From NCBI GenBank assembly GCA_028407765.1, contig JAOOJU010000002.1, positions 1 through 52,010 of the forward strand: 52,010 bases of DNA, given 5' to 3'. Below the pieces are notes generated by a model. That model was given only the letters and a program-made list of their open reading frames with translations, did not search any database and was not told where the DNA came from. A program made the translations under genes and the position numbers. This document shows, one piece after another, positions 19,550 through 28,941 of the stretch (position 1 is its first letter; each line of letters opens with the position of its first letter). This DNA is from Rickettsiales bacterium (GTDB taxonomy: Bacteria; Pseudomonadota; Alphaproteobacteria; Methylaequorales; Methylaequoraceae).

Positions 19550-20731
19550 CTAAAATTTGGAGAGGATCTCCGAAGAGAAATCAACTTTTTCCCAGGAAAA
19601 GCAACCTGTTTCATTGCATGGTTTCCTTCCGAAATGCCCATAAGATGCTGTTTTTGTATATATTGGCCTATCTAACTGCAAATGTTCTCTGATTCCTGCA
19701 GGAGATAAATCAATATTATTCGTTATGGTTTTAATTAATTTTTCAGGATTTACATCAGATTCTTTGTCTGTTGTTAAATAAATAGAAACCGGTTGGGAAA
19801 CCCCTATGGCATAAGATAACTGAATTAGACATTTTTTTACGATCTTACTGGCGACAACATTTTTTGCAAGGTATCTTGCCATATAAGCAGCTGATCTATC
19901 AACTTTAGTTTGATCTTTACCGGAAAAAGCACCACCTCCATGAGGTGCAGCACCACCATAAGTATCCACGACTATTTTCCTACCAGTTAATCCTGTGTCT
20001 CCATCAGGACCTCCAACAACAAACCTACCTGTAGGATTGATATAAATATTATTTTCTTTTGGCATCCATCCTTCAGGAATAGATTCTTTAATTAAAGTAA
20101 ATACTTTTTTATTAATCTCATCATTAACGACATTTTCAATATGTTGTGTTGAAACAACAATAGAATCAATACCCACTGGTCTATTATCCTCATAAATAAT
20201 ACTCACCTGACTTTTTGAATCAGGTCCAAAAAATGAATCATGAGAATGTCTATAATCAGAAATATTCTTTAAGATTTTATGTGAATATTCTATTGGAGCC
20301 GGCATTAAATTTTCTGTCTCAGAGCAAGCGTAACCGAACATTATCCCTTGGTCCCCAGCTCCCTGTGCTTTCTCGTTTTCTATCTCATCTACGCCCCTTG
20401 CGATATCTTTAGATTGCTCGTGAAGATAATTATCAATAACTAAGTTTTTCCAATGAAAACCATCCTGTTCATAACCTATTTCTCTAACTTTATTTCGAAT
20501 AGCAGACTCGATTTTATCTTTCGTAACTTGCTCCTTATTTTTTCTTATACTAACTTCACCAGATACAATTACACGGTTTGTTGTTGCTAGAGTTTCACAC
20601 GCAACTCTTGCATTATTATCAGCACCTAAATAAAGATCCAATATTACATCTGATATCTGATCACAAACTTTATCTGGATGCCCTTCAGAAACCGATTCAC
20701 TTGTAAAGATATATTTATTTGGAAAACTCAT
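19550..20731 (-). CDS. metK: S-adenosylmethionine synthetase
   Basis: 393 aa. GHPDKVCDQISD, GAGDQGIMFGYA and GGGAFSGKD motifs. Confidence 0.97.
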   Translation of the reverse strand: MSFPNKYIFTSESVSEGHPDKVCDQISDVILDLYLGADNNARVACETLATTNRVIVSGEVSIRKNKEQVTKDKIESAIRNKVREIGYEQDGFHWKNLVIDNYLHEQSKDIARGVDEIENEKAQGAGDQGIMFGYACSETENLMPAPIEYSHKILKNISDYRHSHDSFFGPDSKSQVSIIYEDNRPVGIDSIVVSTQHIENVVNDEINKKVFTLIKESIPEGWMPKENNIYINPTGRFVVGGPDGDTGLTGRKIVVDTYGGAAPHGGGAFSGKDQTKVDRSAAYMARYLAKNVVASKIVKKCLIQLSYAIGVSQPVSIYLTTDKESDVNPEKLIKTITNNIDLSPAGIREHLQLDRPIYTKTASYGHFGRKPCNETGCFSWEKVDFSSEILSKF

Positions 20732-20760
20732 AATGGATTAATATTTCTATAATTAATATC

Positions 20761-22263
20761 TTAACTGTTCAACCTTTTTTTTAATAGGATAATATCCAAA
20801 AAAATAACGATCATAAAAATAATTAGCAAAATTATAGCCAATAACTTGTTACCATACTTTGAATAAACAGTATTCTCTTGTGATAATTTTAAATTAAAAT
20901 CTAAATATCCTTCTTGATTCAATGGCATACTATTCATTAACTTTCCATTTGAATCAAAAATTGCTGAAATACCAGAATTTGCAACTCTTATTAATGGAAG
21001 ACCTCTTTCAACTGATCTAAATTTTGTGGCTGTAAGATGTTGATATGGCCCCGTAGTATTTCCAAACCAGGCATCATTAGTAATATTTATCAAAATATTT
21101 GAACCTTCATCAATAATCTTTTTTTCTGGAAAAATGCCTTCATAACATATTGATGGCTCTATTTTTAGAATACGACCTTTAATATTTAAATACATAATTT
21201 TCCTTCTCAACCCTTCAGAAAAGTCTCTTTTTCCGTCGGTAAGTTTTTTTAAGGGAAGGAGATTACGAAAAGGAATAAATTCTCCAAACGGAACAAGTTT
21301 TAATTTATCATAATAGTCAATTACCCCTTTACTGGATAAAAGATATAAAGAGTTAAATATTCTTTCTTTTTCAACTCTCAGTGAACCCAGAATTAAATAT
21401 GTCTCTTCTGGTAGTAAAGTAGATAAATATTTTATAGTTTTGGGACTTTGATTTAAAAATGCTGGCACTGCCACCTCTGGCCATATTATCAAATCGAGTG
21501 ATTCTGCATTTTCTAACGACAATTTTTTTATAGTTTCCATATTATCTCTCATGTGATCTCTTGACCACTTTATTTCTTGAGAAATATTCGGTTGTACCAT
21601 CCTTACTTTTATTGAATCCTGCATTTCTGTTTTTTCTGAGGAAATTCCAATTAGGAAAAAAAAAGCTGGAAAAATAAAGAATACTGCTGCTGATCTTTTA
21701 AATCTTTTTAATAAAATATTTTGTGAAACTAAAACAATCCAGAAAACTGTTAAAAAAGAAATTCCAAAAACTCCAATGTATTTAGAAATCGCTATTAAAT
21801 TTTCGTCAAAAGACCAAATATGACCGAATAGATTCCAAGGAAATCCACCAAATATTTTTGATTTTAAAAACTCACTTATAAAAAAAAAAAAGGAAATCAA
21901 AAATGACTTTAAATAGAAATATTTACTTAAAAATGATTGTTTTGTAAATAAATAGACAACTAAACTCGGCAAACAAATAAACAGCGATAAAAATAATGAA
22001 AAGATGATAGGTACTAATATAGAAAAATACACAAACCTCTCATCAAAAGTCAAAGGAAAATAAATCCAATGCATTCCAAATATATTATATCCGAATCCAA
22101 AAATAAAAGCTTTAAGCAAAACATCTCCTTTTGTCAGAGGAGAGGAAAGTTGCTTAAAAAGAAAATAGAATCCTATGATTATTAATGGTGGGAAAGGTAA
22201 AAAAGAAAATGGAAATGATGATAATATTCCTGCAAAAAAAAGTTGAATATTTTCTCTGTTCAT
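20761..22263 (-). CDS. lnt: apolipoprotein N-acyltransferase
   Basis: 500 aa. Polytopic N-terminal half plus a C-N hydrolase domain (IIWPE..., ICYE). Confidence 0.85.
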   Translation of the reverse strand: MNRENIQLFFAGILSSFPFSFLPFPPLIIIGFYFLFKQLSSPLTKGDVLLKAFIFGFGYNIFGMHWIYFPLTFDERFVYFSILVPIIFSLFLSLFICLPSLVVYLFTKQSFLSKYFYLKSFLISFFFFISEFLKSKIFGGFPWNLFGHIWSFDENLIAISKYIGVFGISFLTVFWIVLVSQNILLKRFKRSAAVFFIFPAFFFLIGISSEKTEMQDSIKVRMVQPNISQEIKWSRDHMRDNMETIKKLSLENAESLDLIIWPEVAVPAFLNQSPKTIKYLSTLLPEETYLILGSLRVEKERIFNSLYLLSSKGVIDYYDKLKLVPFGEFIPFRNLLPLKKLTDGKRDFSEGLRRKIMYLNIKGRILKIEPSICYEGIFPEKKIIDEGSNILINITNDAWFGNTTGPYQHLTATKFRSVERGLPLIRVANSGISAIFDSNGKLMNSMPLNQEGYLDFNLKLSQENTVYSKYGNKLLAIILLIIFMIVIFLDIILLKKRLNS

Positions 22264-22269
22264 AACTCG

Positions 22270-23130
22270 CTATTTTAGTTGTACTCTGAGCTTTTTTATC
22301 CTTCTGGTGTCCGCTTCTAAAACACTAAACTCTAAACCACTTGGATGAGGGATAACTTCTCCTCTCTCTGGAACTCTCTCAGCTAAAGAGAAAACAAGTC
22401 CTCCAACCGTATCAAATTTTTCCACTTCCTCATTTGTCAAAAAGTTACCCACTTTTTGTTCAAATTCTTCAATTAATAGTCTTGCTGAGATTTCGAAAAC
22501 TTTTTTTGATATCTTTTTAAAATATTCTCTTTGAACCATATCATGTTCATCCTCAATTTCTCCAACAATCTCTTCTACCAGATCCTCAATTGTTACTAAA
22601 CCATATGTTCCACCATGCTCATCAACAACAATTGACATATGAATTTTTTCTGATCGCATTTTCAAAAGAAGATCAAGAATTTTCATCGACGGTGCTGTAA
22701 AAAGAATTTTTCGAGTGATTGTATTAATCTTCTTATTTTTAATCACCGACTTCTCAGAACTTTTAAAAGAATCAAAGAGATCTCTAATGTGTACCATTCC
22801 AGTTATTTTATCAAGATTATCTGAAAAAGTTGGAATTCTTGAATGCTTTGATTTTCCCATAATAACGGATAGTTGTTGAAGTGAAGTAGTTTCAGATACT
22901 GCAATTATGTCAGCTCTTGGAACCATTACATCCTCTACTGATTTATTATGTATATCGATTACATTACTAAAAATTTTTTTAGTCCTATCATCTATTGTTT
23001 CATCCGATATGTCTTGTTTATCAATGAGATCGTCAATTACCTCCTTATAATTAGTCTTCTTTTGAGAAAATATCTTGGTAAAGCCCTTAATAAATAATGG
23101 AATTTTTATCTTATTTTTTAAAATTTTCAT
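22270..23130 (-). CDS. corC: CBS-domain CorC/TlyC-family protein
   Basis: 286 aa. CBS pair plus CorC_HlyC C-terminal domain, in the conserved position after ybeY. Confidence 0.85.
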   Translation of the reverse strand: MKILKNKIKIPLFIKGFTKIFSQKKTNYKEVIDDLIDKQDISDETIDDRTKKIFSNVIDIHNKSVEDVMVPRADIIAVSETTSLQQLSVIMGKSKHSRIPTFSDNLDKITGMVHIRDLFDSFKSSEKSVIKNKKINTITRKILFTAPSMKILDLLLKMRSEKIHMSIVVDEHGGTYGLVTIEDLVEEIVGEIEDEHDMVQREYFKKISKKVFEISARLLIEEFEQKVGNFLTNEEVEKFDTVGGLVFSLAERVPERGEVIPHPSGLEFSVLEADTRRIKKLRVQLK

Positions 23131-23134
23131 GATT

Positions 23135-23632
23135 TTATTTTATATATGGGTTGCTTATAGAAAGTTTTGCTAAAATTTTTATTTCGGTTTCTTCCATTCT
23201 CTGAGCCTCTAGTCTTTTTATATGATCATAACCCAATAAATGCATGTAACCATGTAAAAAAATATGAGTAAAATGATCTAAAAAAAATTTTGACTGTAAT
23301 TTCGCCTCAAGTTGTATTTTCTCCAATGAGATCACAATATCTCCGAGCATAATAGTTTTTTCATTCATTCCTTTAATAAGAAAATTTTGTGGAAAAGACA
23401 GTACGTTTGTTTCCTGATTAAGTTTTCTATATTTATAGTTTAACTCTTTAATTTTCTTATTATCAGTAAAAAGTACACTTAATTCTCTATTTAATTCTTT
23501 ACTAATTTTTAGCTCATAATCTACGAAATCCACTAATTTCCTTATTGAAGCATTTAGTGAAGCTTTATTGAAGCCTTTAACATTATCATATTGAGTTTTA
23601 ATCTTCATTTGATGCTTTTGAGATATACTCAA
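23135..23632 (-). CDS. ybeY: rRNA maturation endoribonuclease YbeY
   Basis: HGYMHLLGYDH zinc motif. The start could be the internal ATG at 23608. Confidence 0.9.
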   Translation of the reverse strand: MSISQKHQMKIKTQYDNVKGFNKASLNASIRKLVDFVDYELKISKELNRELSVLFTDNKKIKELNYKYRKLNQETNVLSFPQNFLIKGMNEKTIMLGDIVISLEKIQLEAKLQSKFFLDHFTHIFLHGYMHLLGYDHIKRLEAQRMEETEIKILAKLSISNPYIK

Positions 23633-24641
23633 AGCCTACTCCTTGATTTTTCTCATGTTCTTCATAATTCCTCACTATTCTGGATACAAGAGCATTCCTA
23701 ACTACATCTTTATCATTAAACTTAATGAAACCAATATCACCGATATTACCCAAAATATTCATTGCCTCCCTAAGACCTGATTTTGTTCCTGATGGAAGAT
23801 CAACTTGTGATAAGTCACCATTTATTATCATTTTGGAATTTTCTCCTAACCTAGTTAAAAACATCTTCATTTGAATTGGGGTGGTATTCTGTGACTCATC
23901 AAGTATAATAAAAGAATTTGATAGAGTTCTTCCCCTCATAAATGCAATGGGAGCTATTTCAATCTGACCAGATTCTATTTTTTTAATTACCTCACCAACA
24001 GGTAGCATTTCATTAAGAGCATCGTATATGGGCCTAAGATATGGATCTATTTTTTCCTTTAAATCACCAGGTAAAAAACCAAGCCTTTCTCCTGCCTCTA
24101 CTGCCGGTCTTGATAAAATTATTTTTTCAACTTGTCCGGCTTTTAGCATTGAGACTGCAAATGCTACTGCTAAATACGTTTTTCCTGTACCAGCAGGACC
24201 ACAGCAGAAAACCATTTCTTTATCTTTGACTGACTCAAAGTATTCTTTCTGTTTTTTCGACCTTGGCTTTAATACTTTTTTTCCAGCCTTAACAAAAAAA
24301 GAATCTACAAGATTTGCTGATATTTCTTTGTCTGAGTTGTCATTAATAGTCATATTTATGATTCCTTTTAACTCACCGTAATCTATTTGATTATTATTTT
24401 TAGCTGATAAATAAATCTTCTCTAATATTAAACCAGTTTTTTTCACACCACTTTCATTTCCACTTACTGAAATTAAATTCCCCCTGGGAACAATTGAAAC
24501 TCCCATTTCTGTCTCTAATAATTTTAAATTATTATCAAGCTCACCACACATGCATGAAACAACTTCATTATCCTCAAAGGATAGAGTATTTGAATACTTT
24601 TTACTTATTTTTCTTACTGATTGTCTAGTTTTATTTTTCAA
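23598..24641 (-). CDS. phoH: PhoH-like ATPase (YbeZ)
   Basis: 347 aa. Walker A GPAGTGKTYLA and PhoH family C-terminal region. Confidence 0.9.
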   Translation of the reverse strand: MKNKTRQSVRKISKKYSNTLSFEDNEVVSCMCGELDNNLKLLETEMGVSIVPRGNLISVSGNESGVKKTGLILEKIYLSAKNNNQIDYGELKGIINMTINDNSDKEISANLVDSFFVKAGKKVLKPRSKKQKEYFESVKDKEMVFCCGPAGTGKTYLAVAFAVSMLKAGQVEKIILSRPAVEAGERLGFLPGDLKEKIDPYLRPIYDALNEMLPVGEVIKKIESGQIEIAPIAFMRGRTLSNSFIILDESQNTTPIQMKMFLTRLGENSKMIINGDLSQVDLPSGTKSGLREAMNILGNIGDIGFIKFNDKDVVRNALVSRIVRNYEEHEKNQGVGFEYISKASNED

Positions 24642-24652
24642 TAGATTCCTAC

Positions 24653-25987
24653 TTAACAGACTTTTCCGTGAAGGGAAAATGATGTTATTGAATTAATTTT
24701 AACATTTACAATTTCTCCAACAATATTTTTTTTAGATAAAATATGAACTGGTTGTAAATATTCACTTCTCCCAACAAATTGATTATCTTTCTTTCCAGTC
24801 TTTTCAATTAATACAGGTAATTCCTTGTCTAGGAATGAAAGGTTAAACGCTTTTTGTTGATCTTTTAAAACTTCTTGTAATACACTTAATCTTTTGTTCA
24901 TTGTTTCTTGATCAACTAGTTTTTTGTGCAAAGATGCTGGTGTTCCAGGTCTTGGTGAGTATTTGAATGAATAAGAGCCTGCAAATTTTAAAGTTTTTAC
25001 TAAATCTAAAGTCTCATCAAAATCTTGATCATTTTCTCCAGGAAACCCAACAATAAAATCAGATGTCAAAGCAATATCCGGTCTAGCTTTCCTTAATTTA
25101 TCAACTACTTTGACATATTCTTCTTTAGTATACTTTCTATTCATTTCTTTTAAAATTTTATTAGAACCAGCTTGAATTGGCAAGTGAAGATATGGCATCA
25201 ACTTAAAATTATTTTTATGCTCATTTATCAAGTCGTCAGTCATATCAGCTGGGTGGGAAGTAATATACCTTATTCTCATCAACCCTTTAACCTTAGAAAG
25301 TATATTACATAACTTAGATAATTTGCAAACTGAGCTTTGTTCACTGACCGATAGTTCTCCATGATATGCATTGACATTTTGACCCAACAGGGTAATTTCC
25401 CTTACACCTAGAGAAACTAATTTCTCAACCTCGAGTTTTATGTCTTTCACTGGCCTTGAAAACTCTGCACCTCTTGTATAAGGAACAACACAAAAAGTAC
25501 AAAACTTATCACATCCTTCTTGTATTGAAACGAATGCAGTAAAACCATTTACAGAAGGGTCAGGAAAGTAATCAAACTTACTTTCTTCTGGGAAAATATT
25601 TTCTAAATATTTTTTATTTTTTTCTTTTTTCATTAAAATTTCTGGTAAGATATGATAATTCTGAGGACCTATAACAATATCTACCGAATTATTTCTTCTC
25701 ATTATTTCTTTACCTTCAGCCTGTGCAACACATCCACAGATCGCAATGGTCATATTTCTACCCGTCCTAAGTTGATTTTTTTTAAAATTTGCTAATCTAC
25801 CTATATCCGAATACATCTTTTCTGATGCTTTTTCTCGTATATGACACGTATTTAAAATAGCCAAATCGCAATTTTCAGGCGTTTGAGAAATTTTGTAACC
25901 TAGTGGTTTCAATAGATCTGCAATCTTATCTGAATCATAAAAATTCATCTGACAACCATATGTTTTTATATAAAAAAGTTTTTGCAT
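24653..25987 (-). CDS. miaB: tRNA-i6A37 methylthiotransferase MiaB
   Basis: 444 aa. N-terminal YGCQMN, radical-SAM CDKFCTFC, TRAM domain. Confidence 0.93.
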   Translation of the reverse strand: MQKLFYIKTYGCQMNFYDSDKIADLLKPLGYKISQTPENCDLAILNTCHIREKASEKMYSDIGRLANFKKNQLRTGRNMTIAICGCVAQAEGKEIMRRNNSVDIVIGPQNYHILPEILMKKEKNKKYLENIFPEESKFDYFPDPSVNGFTAFVSIQEGCDKFCTFCVVPYTRGAEFSRPVKDIKLEVEKLVSLGVREITLLGQNVNAYHGELSVSEQSSVCKLSKLCNILSKVKGLMRIRYITSHPADMTDDLINEHKNNFKLMPYLHLPIQAGSNKILKEMNRKYTKEEYVKVVDKLRKARPDIALTSDFIVGFPGENDQDFDETLDLVKTLKFAGSYSFKYSPRPGTPASLHKKLVDQETMNKRLSVLQEVLKDQQKAFNLSFLDKELPVLIEKTGKKDNQFVGRSEYLQPVHILSKKNIVGEIVNVKINSITSFSLHGKVC

Positions 25988-26031
25988 AATAATCTTCTAA
26001 CAAAATTAATTCTTCAAGTTAAGAACTAATT

Positions 26032-26850
26032 CTATAAGTATTTATAACTAAAAATATTGACCAAGTTTACCTTATTTTTACTAGCTAAATCATAAGCAAC
26101 TTGGTTAGATATTTGATTGTAGCAATAGTTGGCGAAAACTTTTCTTGATTCAAATTTTGTAAATGTTAGTGGTTGGTGATATTTAACTTTTATTTCACTA
26201 CTTCCAAGGCCCAAAAATTTCCATGCATGGGGCAATAAATCCATATCTCCATACCAAGCAAAAAAAGGTTTAAACATTCTACTTAATGGAAGACCATCTA
26301 AACCAGTATAAGTAATAGAAATTGGTTGCACATAACAATCTTTGTTTTCATTAAAATCTGTTATCGAGAACAAAGAACTTTTAAATGGAAGAACTTTCTG
26401 TCCATCATTGGATGTTCCCTCAGGAAAAAGAATAATATTAGATCCATTTTTAATTATTTGATTTAATTCATTGACTTGTTTAGTTACATTCAATTTTTTA
26501 CTCCTATTAACAAAAATCGTTCCACCCAGTTTTACAACTCTATTTATTAGTGGCCAGTTAGCAATCTCAGATTTTGCAATAAAAAAAGCATCCAAATTAG
26601 CACCTAGTATCAAAATGTCTAAGTAGGAGGTATGGTTTGAAACATAAACAGTTTTATTTTTGGACGTAGTACCCTCAAATTTAATATTTATCCCAAAAAT
26701 AATTAAAAGGAACTTGAAATAGATCTTTGGCATAGTAAAGAAAAGTTTTTTTGGTAAAAAAAAAAAAAAAAAATGAGATAGACAACAGAAAATGGTCCAA
26801 ATTATAAAGATAATCAGCCTAATTATTGACAAAAGTGGTGAATACAACAT
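26032..26850 (-). CDS. lysophospholipid/lyso-ornithine-lipid acyltransferase (PlsC family, OlsA-like)
   Basis: 272 aa. NHTSYLD (HX4D) and FPEGT motifs. The TAATG stop/start overlaps the upstream OlsB-like gene. Contains a T18 tract near the 5' end. Confidence 0.7.
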   Translation of the reverse strand: MLYSPLLSIIRLIIFIIWTIFCCLSHFFFFFLPKKLFFTMPKIYFKFLLIIFGINIKFEGTTSKNKTVYVSNHTSYLDILILGANLDAFFIAKSEIANWPLINRVVKLGGTIFVNRSKKLNVTKQVNELNQIIKNGSNIILFPEGTSNDGQKVLPFKSSLFSITDFNENKDCYVQPISITYTGLDGLPLSRMFKPFFAWYGDMDLLPHAWKFLGLGSSEIKVKYHQPLTFTKFESRKVFANYCYNQISNQVAYDLASKNKVNLVNIFSYKYL

Positions 26851-27737
26851 TAACTTTTTTTCTCAGACATATTTAAATATTTTGATAAGATATTCTTTTT
26901 TTTTAATATTATACAAACATCAATTGTACCAAACTCTTTGTCAATAATTGCGCCCTCTCCTATCCATGAACCAACTCTTAGATATGCTTTTATCAAAGGA
27001 GGTAATTTTTTAAATAATTCAGACTTTTTGATCTTTTTTTTGGGAATTATTTTCCACTCAACTCTTTTTTCTTTTAATGGTTGAGATCTTATTTTCCTTG
27101 GTGCTAAATGGTAATGATGCAAATATGATAATTCTTCTTTAAGCTCTTCTACATCAATACTCTTAAAACTTGCACAGCCAATTATATAATCAATATTTTT
27201 TTTAACTATATATTCTGATAAACCTCTCCATAAAAGTCGGATAATTCTACCATCTCTATAATTCCTATCGACACAAGATCGACCTACTTCAAGAATCATG
27301 GGTTTTTCTTTTTTTAAATTTTTTAGATTAAACTCCGTTTCTGTATATAAATCAACGCCAGAATTCGAACTAGAATAATTCAACAATCTATAAGTACCCA
27401 CCACGTGATTTAATGAAATTGAAGTGTCAATTACAACTAAATGGTCACAAAACTTATCATAGTCGTCAGAATCTAATTTATTTTTTATTTTTTTATTTCT
27501 TAAGCCGTCAAGAAAACTCTCATATCTTAATTTTTGTGCTTTCTTCAACAATGGGTCATTGCTTTTTATGATTTTAACATGAAACTTTTCTACAGAAAAA
27601 TCTACTAGTACTTTATTTGGATAATCTAATAGAACTGTATTAAATTTTTCAAGTTTCTTAATACTATTTGTTGAGAATTTTTTAATATAAATAACATTTT
27701 TTGCAAAATGTCCGGCTTTAGAGATAATAGATTTCAA
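26850..27737 (-). CDS. OlsB-like N-acyltransferase (GNAT / 'hemolysin-like' family; ornithine or other aminolipid synthesis)
   Basis: 295 aa. LRYESF...DDYDKFCDHLVV...VVGTYRLL pattern typical of OlsB-type acyltransferases. Paired with a PlsC-family gene. Confidence 0.65.
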   Translation of the reverse strand: MKSIISKAGHFAKNVIYIKKFSTNSIKKLEKFNTVLLDYPNKVLVDFSVEKFHVKIIKSNDPLLKKAQKLRYESFLDGLRNKKIKNKLDSDDYDKFCDHLVVIDTSISLNHVVGTYRLLNYSSSNSGVDLYTETEFNLKNLKKEKPMILEVGRSCVDRNYRDGRIIRLLWRGLSEYIVKKNIDYIIGCASFKSIDVEELKEELSYLHHYHLAPRKIRSQPLKEKRVEWKIIPKKKIKKSELFKKLPPLIKAYLRVGSWIGEGAIIDKEFGTIDVCIILKKKNILSKYLNMSEKKS

Positions 27738-27752
27738 TGTTTCCCTTTTAAT

Positions 27753-28166
27753 TTATTTTTTTTTTTTTGAGGGTTTTGCATATAACTCTAGGCGATGATC
27801 AACGAGTTCGTAACCGAGCTTTTCAGCGACTTGTTTTTGTAATTCTTCAATTTCCTTATTTTGGAACTCTATTACCTTACCAGTTTTAATATCAATTAAA
27901 TGATCATGATGTTCATCACGTACTTCTTCATATCTATGTCTTCCATCTCCAAATTCATGTTTTTCAATGATCTTATTTTCTTCAAAAAGTCTAATTGTTC
28001 TATAAACTGTTGCAATGCTAATTCTTTTATCAACTTTTGCAGCCCTCTTATATACTAATTCAACATCTGGATGATCTTTTGAATTTGATAATACCTGAAC
28101 AATGACTTTTCTTTGTTCAGTCATTTTCAGACCAAGCCGGTTGCATTTATCTAATAATCTATTCAT
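27753..28166 (-). CDS. fur: Fur-family metalloregulator
   Basis: 137 aa. wHTH (ISIATVYRTIRLFEE) and HHDHLID metal-site motif. Confidence 0.85.
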   Translation of the reverse strand: MNRLLDKCNRLGLKMTEQRKVIVQVLSNSKDHPDVELVYKRAAKVDKRISIATVYRTIRLFEENKIIEKHEFGDGRHRYEEVRDEHHDHLIDIKTGKVIEFQNKEIEELQKQVAEKLGYELVDHRLELYAKPSKKKK

Positions 28167-28258
28167 GATATTACATTCCTATATAACATTTACTGAATTT
28201 TTATGACAATAATACTATATTAAATACACTTATTAAATTTATACACTAAAATGTTAAA

Positions 28259-28480
28259 ATGCTTAAAGAAAAAATTTTAGACCTCACTAATGATAATTGT
28301 CCCATGATATTTGTGAAAACAAAAGTTTTTCTTCAAGAAACAAATAAAAATGATATTCGAATATTGAAAGTAAAAGGTATCTCCAATAAAAATAGCCTTA
28401 CAAAGACTCTTTGTGAACTAGGTTTTAATGTTTCTCTTGAAGATTCTGGTAATAATATTTTTAAAATATTTTTAAATTAG
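28259..28480 (+). CDS. TusA/SirA-like sulfur-carrier family protein
   Basis: 73 aa. LDLTNDNCPMIFVKTK matches the TusA LD..G..CP.P motif around the active Cys. Confidence 0.65.
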   Translation: MLKEKILDLTNDNCPMIFVKTKVFLQETNKNDIRILKVKGISNKNSLTKTLCELGFNVSLEDSGNNIFKIFLN

Positions 28481-28941
28481 CTTAATTTATATTGCATAAC
28501 TAAAGCATCATATTTTTTATATCCTATGGAATAATAATTCTCTCTGACTTTAAGCTTCTTGAAGTTTATTTTTTTGTAAAAACATATTGCATTTTTATTC
28601 ATTATATTTACTTCCAGCAAAATTTTATTTATCAAATTTTTGTGACAAAAATCAATTCCATCTTCAAAAAACTGTCTTGCAATTCCTTTTCTTCGAAACT
28701 TGGGTTCCACAAAGATCAAGAAAACTTCAAGAGTATCTTGTATCTTCAAGAAAAAAGAAAAACCAATAACTATTTTATTTAATTTAGCTACTCTTGAAAA
28801 ACTTTCCTTTTTTAAAATAAATGATAACATCTCGTCAAAATTCCAGACATTATTAATCTCATTAATATTATCTATCTGCAAACGTTCAACTTCTTTAAGA
28901 TCTTTTTTTTTTATTAAACTATATTCAATTTTTTTTTGCAT
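28477..28941 (-). CDS. rimI: GNAT acetyltransferase, RimI-like
   Basis: 154 aa. RRKGIARQFF acetyl-CoA motif. Overlaps and follows tsaB, as in many bacteria. Confidence 0.75.
   Translation of the reverse strand: MQKKIEYSLIKKKDLKEVERLQIDNINEINNVWNFDEMLSFILKKESFSRVAKLNKIVIGFSFFLKIQDTLEVFLIFVEPKFRRKGIARQFFEDGIDFCHKNLINKILLEVNIMNKNAICFYKKINFKKLKVRENYYSIGYKKYDALVMQYKLS

Noticed and set aside
20732-20760. SAM riboswitch upstream of metK.
   Set aside because: The spacer between the lnt stop and the metK start is only 29 nt, too short for any known SAM aptamer.
28167-28258. Fur box in the fur / tusA-like divergent spacer (autoregulation).
   Set aside because: I found no good match to GATAATGATAATCATTATC by eye, only generic AT-rich sequence plus the shared motif reported separately.
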